A stretch of 50,692 bases of DNA from Parcubacteria group bacterium Gr01-1014_30. GTDB taxonomy: Bacteria > Patescibacteriota > Minisyncoccia > Minisyncoccales > 2-12-FULL-40-12. A program made the position numbers and the translations under genes. The notes below the pieces were generated by a model that searched no databases, was not told the origin of the DNA, and saw only the letters and a program-made list of their open reading frames with translations. Location of the stretch: assembly GCA_007376185.1 (NCBI GenBank), contig VMFS01000008.1, forward strand, positions 1-50,692, written 5' to 3'. Every line of letters begins with the position of its first letter. Positions within the stretch are counted from its first letter, which is position 1. Positions 29,323-38,241 of the stretch are shown here, piece by piece.

Positions 29323-29427
29323 TGCAAGGAAAACTGCAAGCTACTTCTCTTATTCAAGATTTTTTGCTAACGTAGGTTCTAGCCGAATTGTATCAATGCA
29401 CTTGATGTAACTTCGCGAACTGATATA

Positions 29428-29940
29428 ATGGAAAAAGGAAAAATGGAAAACAAAGCCGACAAAATAATTGTTTTTGTGGAGATTCCGAAGGGTTCGGTAA
29501 ACAAATACGAGTTTGACGAAGAGTTGGGCGGCATAAAATTGGACAGGAGCAACTACGGCCCCATGCACTGGCCTTTTGAGTACGGGTTCATTAAAGACAC
29601 CAAAGGTGAGGATGGTGATCCGCTTGACTGCGTTTTACTTTCGGTTTATGCAACTTTTCCCGGTTGCCTGGTTGCTTCAAGAGCCATAGGCATGCTGGAA
29701 ATGGAAGATGAAGCCGGTATTGACCATAAAATTCTGGCTCTGCCCGAAGAGAAAGTTGACCCGAGAATGGCGCACATAAAGGAACTTGACGATTTGCCAG
29801 AGCACACAAAAAAGGAGGTAAGAGAGTTTTTTGAAAATTATAAAAATTTGGAGCCGGGCAAGTGGGTGAAACTAAAAGATTTCAAAGGTCAAAAAGAAGC
29901 TGAAAAAATAATTGAAGAAGCGAAAAAAAGGTCAAAATAA
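29428..29940 (+). CDS. ppa: Inorganic pyrophosphatase (start may be 29443)
   Basis: EIPKGSVNKYE, DGDPLD, FFENYKNLE. Confidence 0.95.
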   Translation: MEKGKMENKADKIIVFVEIPKGSVNKYEFDEELGGIKLDRSNYGPMHWPFEYGFIKDTKGEDGDPLDCVLLSVYATFPGCLVASRAIGMLEMEDEAGIDHKILALPEEKVDPRMAHIKELDDLPEHTKKEVREFFENYKNLEPGKWVKLKDFKGQKEAEKIIEEAKKRSK

Positions 29941-29960
29941 CTAAAACCTAATATCTAAAC

Positions 29961-31064
29961 ATGAAAACAACTTTATCAATCATCAAGGCAGACATAGGGT
30001 CAATCGGGGGTCACATCAAGCCCTCTGAAAAACTTTTTGAAACGGTCAAAAGTTACGTTGAAAAAAAAGGGAAAGGATTGTTTATTGATTCTTACGTCGG
30101 ATACACCGGCGACGATATCGCAATTTTAACGACACATAAAAGAGGGCCCTTGGATTCAAAAATACATAAGTTGTGTTTTGACGCATTTATGACCGGCACC
30201 AAAGTTGCCAAAAGCCAAGGCCTTTACGGAGCCGGACAGGACTTGTTGGTGGAAGCTTTCTCTGGCAACGTTCGCGGCATGGGCCCTCAAGTTGCTGAAA
30301 TGGAAATTGAAGAGAGGCCGGCCGAACCTTTCTTAATGTTTGCCGCCGATAAGACGGAGCCCGGCGTTTACAACCTTCCTTTGTACTTGAGTTTTTGCGA
30401 CCCTTTTCACTGCGGGGGTCTTTTGTTGTCTCCGGTTCTCAAGAAAGGATTCAAGTTTGTGATAATGGACGTGGCTTACACAAAAGCCGACAGAATTATT
30501 GAACTGGTTACTCCAGAGGAAACCTATGACATCGCCGCGCTCTTGCGCGACACCGGGAGGTTTGTGGTTGAGTCAATATGGTCAAGAGCCACTGGGGAGC
30601 AAGTTGCTTCTGTCAGCACAACAAGATTGCACAACATTGCCGGAAAATACACAGGGAAAGACGATCCCGTGATGTTGATAAGGTCGCAAAAAGATTTCCC
30701 GGCAACCGGAGAGATTTTGTCGCCTTACACCATTGCGCATTACGCGGCTGGAGATTGTCGCGGTTCTCACAATGTTGCCGTGATGCCGGTTAAAAAAAAT
30801 TCCAGCATTTCTTTCTTTGACGGGCCTGTCGTTGTTTCAGCTTTGGCTTTCTCAATGCAAAACGGAATTTTAACCGAACCAGCTGACTGCTTTGACCACC
30901 CTTATTGGGATTACGTAAGAGAAAAATCCGCCAAAAAAACGGAAGAAATGAGAAAACAGGGTTTTGTGGGACCTGCTATGCTGCCAATGACCGAGCTTGA
31001 ATACACGGGCGTGATGGAGACCTTGAAGGTTCTCGAGCAGAGGTTTAAGACCAGAGCCAAATGA
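29961..31064 (+). CDS. fbp: Bifunctional fructose-1,6-bisphosphate aldolase/phosphatase (FBPase class V)
   Basis: IKADIGSIGGH, GLYGAGQDLL, DKTEPG, RLHNIAGKYTGKDDP. Confidence 0.94.
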   Translation: MKTTLSIIKADIGSIGGHIKPSEKLFETVKSYVEKKGKGLFIDSYVGYTGDDIAILTTHKRGPLDSKIHKLCFDAFMTGTKVAKSQGLYGAGQDLLVEAFSGNVRGMGPQVAEMEIEERPAEPFLMFAADKTEPGVYNLPLYLSFCDPFHCGGLLLSPVLKKGFKFVIMDVAYTKADRIIELVTPEETYDIAALLRDTGRFVVESIWSRATGEQVASVSTTRLHNIAGKYTGKDDPVMLIRSQKDFPATGEILSPYTIAHYAAGDCRGSHNVAVMPVKKNSSISFFDGPVVVSALAFSMQNGILTEPADCFDHPYWDYVREKSAKKTEEMRKQGFVGPAMLPMTELEYTGVMETLKVLEQRFKTRAK

Positions 31065-31069
31065 GCGGA

Positions 31070-31127
31070 GCGAAACCCCGCCCTCTATGCCTAATGTATT
31101 AATTTTTCATATGCTTAGAGGGCGGGG
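31070..31127. repeat. Inverted-repeat element, probable empty derivative of the GIY-YIG element at 50590
   Basis: GCGAAACCCCGCCCTCTATGC identical to 50590-50610; closed by TAGAGGGCGGGG. Confidence 0.7.
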
Positions 31128-31143
31128 TGCTCCTTTTAGTCGC

Positions 31144-31941
31144 ATGCTTACTCTCGCGGCAAAAAAAAGAGAGGACGTCGGGAAAAAAGTGAAAGCCCTT
31201 CGCAAGAAGGGCTTTCTGCCCGCGGTTTTGTACGGCCCAAAAGTCAAGGCCGCGCCTTTGCAAGTGGGCTTGAAGGAATTTGAAAAGGTTTACTTTCAAG
31301 CAGGGGAGTCGTCTTTGATTTCTCTGGAAGTACACCCCGTTAGAAATAGCGAGGGCTCGTCCCATACCAGTTCGCTACGGGACAGGCAGCGTAAAATTTC
31401 TAATGGGGCAGAAGGTAAGAAGTTTCAGGTTTTGATACACGACGTTGAAAGAGACCCTTTGACTGACAAACCCATACACGTTGATTTTTACCAGCCGGAC
31501 TTGGAAAAAGAAGTGCAGGCCAAAGTTCCGTTGGTTTTTGAAGGGGATTCCCTTGCTGTCAAAGAACTTGGCGGCACTTTAGTGCACAACATTTCTGAAG
31601 TTGAGGTAAAAGCCCTTCCCCAAAAACTGCCAAAGGAAATACTTGTGCAAGTGGTCAGTTTGAAAACTTTTGAAGACCACATTTTGGTTAAGGACTTGGT
31701 TTTGCAAGAAGGTGTGAAAATTTTGAAAGAGCCAGACGAAATCGTGGCTCAGGTCGTCCCTCCCACCAAGGTTGAAGAAGAGCTTGAAAAACCGATTGAA
31801 GAAAAAGTGGAAGAGGTAGAGAAAGTAGAGAAACCTGCCAAAGAAAAAGAACTCGCAGAAGAAGAACCATCCCCTGGTAAGCGCGAGGGCGCCAAAGCCG
31901 CTTCTGGCAAGGATGCCAAAAAAGAGGCCAAAAATGCGTAA
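31144..31941 (+). CDS. rplY: 50S ribosomal protein L25/Ctc with a 26-aa palindrome-derived insert
   Basis: LRKKGFLPAVLYG, IHVDFY, VPLVFEG, GGTLVH. Confidence 0.93.
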   Translation: MLTLAAKKREDVGKKVKALRKKGFLPAVLYGPKVKAAPLQVGLKEFEKVYFQAGESSLISLEVHPVRNSEGSSHTSSLRDRQRKISNGAEGKKFQVLIHDVERDPLTDKPIHVDFYQPDLEKEVQAKVPLVFEGDSLAVKELGGTLVHNISEVEVKALPQKLPKEILVQVVSLKTFEDHILVKDLVLQEGVKILKEPDEIVAQVVPPTKVEEELEKPIEEKVEEVEKVEKPAKEKELAEEEPSPGKREGAKAASGKDAKKEAKNA

Positions 31942-33292
31942 AGTTCTAATTGTTACCTTGATACTCGTTCTGAGTTTGCCGCTATTTTTTGTCTCTTCTC
32001 AGGAGGACTGTGGCACGAGGCAAGAGTGCGAGGCCTTGCTGCAAGAGCTTGAAGAACAAATTAAACAAATAAGCGCCTTGGAAGGGGCAACAGAGCAGGA
32101 AATAAAGACGCGTCAGTCGCAGATTTCGGCAATCCGCTCAAGGATAAACCAGCTTGACTTGCAGATTCGCCGCAGCAACATAGTCATTCAGGATTTGGGT
32201 TTGCAAATTCAGGATACCGAAGGTTCAATTGAAGCCACGACCGTCAAAATTGGCGAGGAGCGCCAAAAACTGGCCCAAGTTTTAAAAACAATTTACGAGG
32301 AAGACCAAAAATCGCTTTTGGAAGTGCTGTTGTCTGAAAGCTCGCTTTCCGTTTTCTTTGACAATTTAATGGCTTTGGAAAACTTGGATCAGAGAAACAG
32401 CGAGCTTTTAGACGATATAAAATCGTTGAAGGCGGAGCTGGAAGCGCAAAGGGAGAAACTTGACGGAGAAAGACAAAGTCTGACCACGCAGGTGAAAGCC
32501 CAGACCCTTCAAAAACAAGAGTCAGAAACCGCAAGGAAGGAACAGGAGCAGTTACTGCGGATGAACGAGACCCAGTATAAATTATATGTTCAGCAGAGGC
32601 AGCTGACCGAGCAAAGGGCTGCTGAAATCAGGGCAAGATTGTTCCAGTTAGCCGGCGTTCCCGACGTTGAAGCGCCCACTTTTGGCCAAGCTCTTGAAAT
32701 GGCTCAGTGGGTGCAACAGCAAACAGGGGTCAGACCCGCGTTTTTGCTGTCAATCATAACCCAAGAATCGGCTCTGGCAAGAAACGTTGGACAGTGTTAT
32801 TTATCAGACACAAGCTCTGGAAAAACTTACAATATCACAACAAATAGGGAGTTTCGCAGAGGCATTAATCCGTCGCGTGACCTGCCAAGATTTTTACAGA
32901 TAACGCAAGAGTTAGGTCGTGACCCGTTGCGAACGCCGCTTTCTTGCTGGATTGACGTTGGCAGGGGACCGAACTTTGGCTGGGGAGGAGCTATGGGTCC
33001 AGCCCAGTTCATTCCCTACACCTGGATGACAATTCGCGACAAAGTTTCTTCAATTACCGGGAACACGCCAGCCAATCCTTGGAGCGTGCGTGATTCTTTC
33101 TTGGCGGCCGGAATTCTTTTGCGCGATTTGGGTGCAGATTTCAACGAAGCACGTGCCGCGGCCAGATACTTTGGCGCCTCCACGCCTTTCCCTTACAGCA
33201 GCACGGTAATGACTCGAACCAGGTGTATGGACACTTTCATAAGTCAGGGAACCTTGTCGGATCAATGCGAAAGATTAGTATTCAACCCATAA
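31934..33292 (+). CDS. Secreted coiled-coil protein with C-terminal lytic transglycosylase domain
   Basis: Signal peptide, long coiled coil, IITQES, GGAMGPAQFIPYTW. Confidence 0.85.
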   Translation: MRKVLIVTLILVLSLPLFFVSSQEDCGTRQECEALLQELEEQIKQISALEGATEQEIKTRQSQISAIRSRINQLDLQIRRSNIVIQDLGLQIQDTEGSIEATTVKIGEERQKLAQVLKTIYEEDQKSLLEVLLSESSLSVFFDNLMALENLDQRNSELLDDIKSLKAELEAQREKLDGERQSLTTQVKAQTLQKQESETARKEQEQLLRMNETQYKLYVQQRQLTEQRAAEIRARLFQLAGVPDVEAPTFGQALEMAQWVQQQTGVRPAFLLSIITQESALARNVGQCYLSDTSSGKTYNITTNREFRRGINPSRDLPRFLQITQELGRDPLRTPLSCWIDVGRGPNFGWGGAMGPAQFIPYTWMTIRDKVSSITGNTPANPWSVRDSFLAAGILLRDLGADFNEARAAARYFGASTPFPYSSTVMTRTRCMDTFISQGTLSDQCERLVFNP

Positions 33293-33372
33293 AATCCCCC
33301 GACCCCCGGCTCAAAAAACCTTCGGTTTTTTGGGTCGCCTCGCTCTCATTTTTTCCACCACGGGGGATTTTA
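33289..33372. repeat. MITE/REP-like element, copy 2 (inverted)
   Basis: ATAAAATCCCCCGACCCCCGGCT...CCACCACGGGGGATTTTA is the reverse complement of 28765-28856. Confidence 0.75.
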
Positions 33373-33384
33373 CGCCTGCGGCGA

Positions 33385-34476
33385 TTACGCACGTAGCGCT
33401 TCAACCATTGGCTCAAGTTTGCCTTCCATAACTTCCTCAAGATTGTGCCAAGATTTTTTAAGGCGATGGTCAGTAACTCTGTCTTGGGGGAAGTTATAGG
33501 TCCTTATTTTTTCAGCTCGCTTAGCTCCACCTATTTGCTCTCGCCTTTTTCCGGAAATTTTCTGTTCCTCCGCAGTTGTTTTTTGTTCCAAAAGTTTTGC
33601 CTCCAAAATGCTTAATGCGTTTTCTTTGTTCTGCAGCAAACTGCGTTCAGTTTGTGAAGTAACAACCAAGCCTGAAGGCAAGTGAGTGATTCTGACGGCG
33701 GTCATCCGTTTGTTTACGTACTGGCCTCCGGGGCCCGAAGCTTTGTAAGTGTCAGTTTTCAAGTCGGCGGGATTTACGGCAATTTTACCTTTTTTGGGTT
33801 TTGGCAAAACAGCAACCGAAACCGTAGACGTGTGGACTCTTCCGGATTTTTCTGTTTTGGGTATTCTTTGAACTCTGTGTACTCCGGCTTCTGATCGCAT
33901 TTTTGAAAAAACGTTCTCCCCGGATAGTTCAAAAACGATTTCTTTGAAACCTCCGATTTCGGTCGGGCTTGAATCCAAAATACTTTGCTTCCAGCCCGCA
34001 GACTGCGCGTATTTTGAGTACATTCTAAAAAGGTCGGCCGCAAAAAGACCAGCTTCTTCTCCGCCCGTTCCAGCTCTTATTTCAACAATTAGAGACTTGT
34101 ATTCGGGTATTTTTTTCTCGCCAAGTAAAAGATTTTTCAGCTCTACTTTCAGCTGTTTTTCTCTGTCTTGAAGTTGGGCTGTTTCTGATTCAGCCAGCTG
34201 AACTAAATCCTGTTCCTCTCTGGCAGAAATTATGGCTTTGTTTTCTTCAATTTTATTCATCAACTCTTCAAGTTCTTTTTGCATTTCAATTATTTTTTCC
34301 AAGTGCGCTTTTCTTTTTGACAACGCTTCAAATCTTTCCCAATCCGAAATCAGCTCAGGCGAACCGAGCTGTTCCAAGATTTCTTCGTATTCTTTTACGC
34401 GAGCCTTAGCGAAGCGTGAAGAGGAATCTTTAGATTCATCGCCTTTAACACTTTTTATGTCAGCCGCGTTCATCAT
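33385..34476 (-). CDS. prfA: Peptide chain release factor 1
   Basis: EIRAGTGGEEA, HRVQRIPKTE (PxT), GPGGQ, IRTYNFPQDRVTDHR. Confidence 0.95.
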   Translation of the reverse strand: MMNAADIKSVKGDESKDSSSRFAKARVKEYEEILEQLGSPELISDWERFEALSKRKAHLEKIIEMQKELEELMNKIEENKAIISAREEQDLVQLAESETAQLQDREKQLKVELKNLLLGEKKIPEYKSLIVEIRAGTGGEEAGLFAADLFRMYSKYAQSAGWKQSILDSSPTEIGGFKEIVFELSGENVFSKMRSEAGVHRVQRIPKTEKSGRVHTSTVSVAVLPKPKKGKIAVNPADLKTDTYKASGPGGQYVNKRMTAVRITHLPSGLVVTSQTERSLLQNKENALSILEAKLLEQKTTAEEQKISGKRREQIGGAKRAEKIRTYNFPQDRVTDHRLKKSWHNLEEVMEGKLEPMVEALRA

Positions 34477-35686
34477 ATTCTCTTTTAACTTTTTGCAAAA
34501 ATTTATCAAACTTCATTTGCCCTAGATTTCCTTTGCCCCTCTGCCTGACGCTCACTTTTTTTGCTTTTTCTTCTTTGTCACCGACCACCAAAAGATAGGG
34601 GATTTTTTGAACCTCGCCCTCTCTGATTTTCTTTGCAACCGTTTCGTTTTCGTCTTTCACAATGTAACGAAACCCGGCCTCGTTACATTCTGCGGCCACT
34701 TTTTCTGCGTATTTGTTGTTGCGAGAGGCGATGGGGATTATCCAAATCTGCTCAGGCGACAGCCACAATGGCAGGGCGCCGTTTAAATGTTCAAGCAATA
34801 TGCCTATGAATCTTTCAAAAGAGCCCAACATTGCGCGGTGTATTACCACGGGCCTTTTTCTTGAGCCATCTTTATCAACGTATTCCAAGGCAAAGCGCTC
34901 TGGCACTTGAAAATCAATCTGCACTGTGGCAATTGTCCACTCTCTTTCAAGCGAATCTGTGACATTGACGTCTATTTTAGGTCCGTAAAAAGTTCCGTCT
35001 TTTTCGCGCAGTTCATATTTTACTTTGCTTTTTTTGAGAGCTGTTTTTAGCGCCTCTTCTGCTTTTTCCCAGAGACGAGGGGAGCCTAAGGCCTCATCTG
35101 GCTTTGTGGCCAAGCGGAAAAAAGACTTGAAACCAAACATTTTGTGGATTTTTAAAGCAAGTTTTAGCAGAGAGCTTATTTCTTTTTCAATCTGCTCTGG
35201 ACTACAGTAAATGTGAGCGTCGTCTTGCGTGAATTGATAAAGGCGGAAAAGACCTCCCACAGAGCCAGAGACCTCTTTGCGGTGCAGGCGGCCCGTTGGT
35301 TCAGCCAAGCGCAAAGGCAGATCTTGGTAGCTTCTGATGCGGCTGGCGAAAATCAAGTGGGCTTCGGGGCAGTTCATTGGCTTTAGCCCTTGGGCTTCAT
35401 TGCCTATTTGGAATTGGAACATGTTGTCCTTAAATTTTTCCCAGTGGCCCGATTTTTCCCAAAGTTCTTTTTTGACGAGAATGGGAGTTGAAACTTCGCC
35501 GTAACCCATTTTTTCGTTCTCTTCTCGTATGAGTTTTTCCAGTTCTTTGTAAATTACCATTCCTTTTGGATGCCAAAAAACGGCCCCGGGCGAAACGTCG
35601 TGGAAAGAAAAAAGGTCAAGTTGTTCCCCCAATTTGCGATGGTCTGGTTTCTCGCCCTGAGCTTGTCGAAGGGTTTTCTCTTTCAT
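34460..35686 (-). CDS. thrS: Threonyl-tRNA synthetase, short form without the N-terminal editing domains
   Basis: DHRKLG, KPMNCP, QDDAH, FYGPKID, IHRAMLGSFERF; ATG 35686 follows TGCTAAAAT. Confidence 0.95.
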   Translation of the reverse strand: MKEKTLRQAQGEKPDHRKLGEQLDLFSFHDVSPGAVFWHPKGMVIYKELEKLIREENEKMGYGEVSTPILVKKELWEKSGHWEKFKDNMFQFQIGNEAQGLKPMNCPEAHLIFASRIRSYQDLPLRLAEPTGRLHRKEVSGSVGGLFRLYQFTQDDAHIYCSPEQIEKEISSLLKLALKIHKMFGFKSFFRLATKPDEALGSPRLWEKAEEALKTALKKSKVKYELREKDGTFYGPKIDVNVTDSLEREWTIATVQIDFQVPERFALEYVDKDGSRKRPVVIHRAMLGSFERFIGILLEHLNGALPLWLSPEQIWIIPIASRNNKYAEKVAAECNEAGFRYIVKDENETVAKKIREGEVQKIPYLLVVGDKEEKAKKVSVRQRGKGNLGQMKFDKFLQKVKREYDERG

Positions 35687-35743
35687 ATTTTTTGATTTTA
35701 GCACAAATTGGGGTTTACGCAACCTATGTGTAGTAGAAAGCTC

Positions 35744-35877
35744 GGCACACAAGTTCCCGTTCACCGGTAGTCGCCTCGTCCAGCGACTCGGCGCTATCTG
35801 CGTTCTCGGCAGTTTATTCGCCTACGGCGAAACCGTGCTAAACTGCCTGCGAAAGCTGTCCGGGAAACTTGTATGCC
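35744..35877. repeat. Structured three-way-junction element, copy 2
   Basis: Reverse complement aligns to 20190-20320 with compensatory substitutions. Confidence 0.7.
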
Positions 35878-35894
35878 TCGCTTCGGGTAATGAA

Positions 35895-37721
35895 CTACAC
35901 CACCTCTGCCTGATAACACTTTTCACAATATACAATTTCGGGACGCTCTTGAGCATAACTTGTCTCAAACTCGTTGGGACACTTGTCTTGCCCGTGGAAG
36001 TGTTGGGCGGTGTTTGTATATTGGAACTTGGAACTTGTTTCTGATTTCGAATTTCGAATTTCGGATTTCCCGCCTGCGCACATACAGCTGCGTTTCCAGA
36101 GTTTCAACGGGTTGCGCTGTCGCAGGCGGGCGTAGTGTCTGCAGTTGGGGCAGAGGCGGGGTAAAGGCAGGTTCATCTTTTTGTAGAACTGGAGTTCTAG
36201 CTCAATAATCTTGAAAGCTGTGGCGCATTGTTCGTTGCAAACCGCCGATGCGGTTTGCCCTGAGCTTGTCGAATGGGCGCATTGTATAACCTCGCCAATA
36301 ATGTCTTCTTTTACGTCTTTGATGTGGTCGGGGAGGTCTTCTGTTTTGATGTCTGACTGGTAGGTTCTTTGTTCAGGGTCTTTCCAGGTGTAACCTTGCT
36401 CTGTTGCTTGTTCCTTGGTCAGGGGGAAGTATTCCTGGGCTATGGTTTCGTTGTAGGCGAAGGGTGAGAGTTCTGGCGGGAAGAACTCGCCGTATCTGTA
36501 CACTCTTCCTTTCTTGTCTGTGTATGGCATCGCATTCATATGTTCTATTATCTTGGGAATTAGTGTTTCGTACTCTTCCTTGGTGTATTGTTTGTTGAGG
36601 ATGCAGTATTGTTTATTGCGAAGGCCGACGCAACCAAAAAGATAAGAACAGTTCTCGCAGTTAAAACAATAATTTGTGTCTCGACAAGTATAAACAACAA
36701 TACTAAATCTTTCTTTGTAGCCAGTCACACCTGTATCTATGCCCTCATAAAGTAATTCACACACTACTCCTACTCCATATCCGTCATATGAGTCTTTCAA
36801 CCCAAGACCCCCATTAGCAACATATTTTGAATCTTCAACATCATCGTATAAATCAAAGCAGGCATAACAATTCTTCATATTGCGACAGTGGTTGCCAGTA
36901 ACATTAACTGTATTGATAAATTGAGCAAAACGACGAGGAAATCTGGTTAAAGAGTCATAAAATTCTTTTTGCAATTTTTGTTTTACTTCATAACTGCCTA
37001 AATCATATTCGTTCATTTTTTCTTTATATTGCTCGTGAGAGTAAGGTTTATTAAAAACATAATATTGTTTGTTCCTAAGGCCAATACAACCAAAGCAGTC
37101 AGCACAATTTCGACAATCATACAAAAAAGCTGAGTTAATACACGAACTACAATCTTGACTAAATTCTAATCGATAACTTTTTTCACAATTTATCGTTTCG
37201 TAACACAACTCATTATTAACACCCGCTCGAGAATCGGAAATATCTTTACTTCGTGTTTCTTGGGCTCCATAAAGCACATTTTCGCACTCCCATGAAGCAA
37301 AAGTAAGATAACAGTTTTTCATATAACCGACATGATTTGTATATGGACTATCTATAACATTATTTGAAAACACATTAGGAACAGGGGTATTTTTCAGCAA
37401 TTCGTTAAATTGTATAAAAAAAGACTTTGAGAAATCATACTCTTGCCCACTTTTAAGTGGATCCCACGCATTTGACCACCAATAATCCCTTTCATAAACT
37501 ATAAATGGCACTTCTGGCGCATAAATACTGACGACGTTTTTACCAAAAGCGTCTTTACGACGATAGAGTGTTCGCTCATTCCGCCAAGCCATACGGCGTT
37601 GTGATCTACACTCCGGGCAAAAAGTTGGCGGCGGGACTTTGATTTTCTCGTAAAAGTTAAAATCTTCCTGCTCAATGCGGAACTCATGACGACAATTTTG
37701 ACATTGCCTTTTTTCTTCCAT
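35895..37721 (-). CDS. Cys-rich zinc-ribbon protein of a CPR-type family (608 aa)
   Basis: CQNC, PPPTFCPECRSQRR, repeated CFGCIGLRNKQY, LPRLCPNCRH, VYCEKCYQAEVV. Confidence 0.85.
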   Translation of the reverse strand: MEEKRQCQNCRHEFRIEQEDFNFYEKIKVPPPTFCPECRSQRRMAWRNERTLYRRKDAFGKNVVSIYAPEVPFIVYERDYWWSNAWDPLKSGQEYDFSKSFFIQFNELLKNTPVPNVFSNNVIDSPYTNHVGYMKNCYLTFASWECENVLYGAQETRSKDISDSRAGVNNELCYETINCEKSYRLEFSQDCSSCINSAFLYDCRNCADCFGCIGLRNKQYYVFNKPYSHEQYKEKMNEYDLGSYEVKQKLQKEFYDSLTRFPRRFAQFINTVNVTGNHCRNMKNCYACFDLYDDVEDSKYVANGGLGLKDSYDGYGVGVVCELLYEGIDTGVTGYKERFSIVVYTCRDTNYCFNCENCSYLFGCVGLRNKQYCILNKQYTKEEYETLIPKIIEHMNAMPYTDKKGRVYRYGEFFPPELSPFAYNETIAQEYFPLTKEQATEQGYTWKDPEQRTYQSDIKTEDLPDHIKDVKEDIIGEVIQCAHSTSSGQTASAVCNEQCATAFKIIELELQFYKKMNLPLPRLCPNCRHYARLRQRNPLKLWKRSCMCAGGKSEIRNSKSETSSKFQYTNTAQHFHGQDKCPNEFETSYAQERPEIVYCEKCYQAEVV

Positions 37722-37724
37722 AGT

Positions 37725-37970
37725 TTACTTTGAATGGGGAGTTATGGCAATAATTTTGTAAGTATCTTTTTCTATTCTAAAATAAAAACGATAGCCAAGC
37801 GTAACTCGAGCTTGCCAAATATCATTAGCTTCGTCGTATTTTTTAGCTCGCAAAGAAGGGTGTCTTAAGTTTTGAACAAGAAGCGGCAGCTTTTGGTCAA
37901 AGGCCTTGCGAATGTTTAGAGGTATTTTAGCATACTGCCTTTCAAATTGAGGGGTAAATTCAGCTCTCAC
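37725..37970 (-). CDS. RelE/ParE family toxin
   Basis: FTPQFERQY, RHPSLRAKK, WQARVTLGYRFYF; GTG start overlaps the antitoxin stop. Confidence 0.8.
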   Translation of the reverse strand: MRAEFTPQFERQYAKIPLNIRKAFDQKLPLLVQNLRHPSLRAKKYDEANDIWQARVTLGYRFYFRIEKDTYKIIAITPHSK

Positions 37971-38221
37971 TTAGTAGATGGTTTGTTATACTTTTTTGCC
38001 CGGCGATGGAGATAACGAATAGCTTCCTTCGCTGAGCTAAAAGTAGGGGATACTCGTCCTTCTCTTAAATCGCGCAGACCTTCTTCAATGGCCAGGTCTG
38101 TGGCGCTTTTTGCTTTTTTGGCGGTTTTCTCAAAACGCAAAAAGCGCTCGTACTCTTTGCGAGGAATTATCACCAGATCTTTTTCCTTGACGATTTCTTT
38201 GGGAATAGTAATGGTTGCCAT
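37967..38221 (-). CDS. Cognate antitoxin
   Basis: LVIIPRKEYE, AIEEGLRDLREGRVSPTF; directly upstream of the toxin. Confidence 0.75.
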   Translation of the reverse strand: MATITIPKEIVKEKDLVIIPRKEYERFLRFEKTAKKAKSATDLAIEEGLRDLREGRVSPTFSSAKEAIRYLHRRAKKYNKPSTK

Positions 38222-38241
38222 ACTTTATTATACCATACATT

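Noticed and set aside
28931..29350. tRNA-integrated prophage or island
   Set aside because: No integrase and no duplicated tRNA 3' end seen; only two small ORFs.
35700..35890. T-box leader for thrS
   Set aside because: No T-box consensus (AAnnnGGGTGGnACC), thrS appears leaderless, and a homologous sequence lies in the opposite orientation near purB.
35895..37721. Diversity-generating retroelement target
   Set aside because: No reverse transcriptase and no TR/VR pair with adenine-specific differences found in the window.
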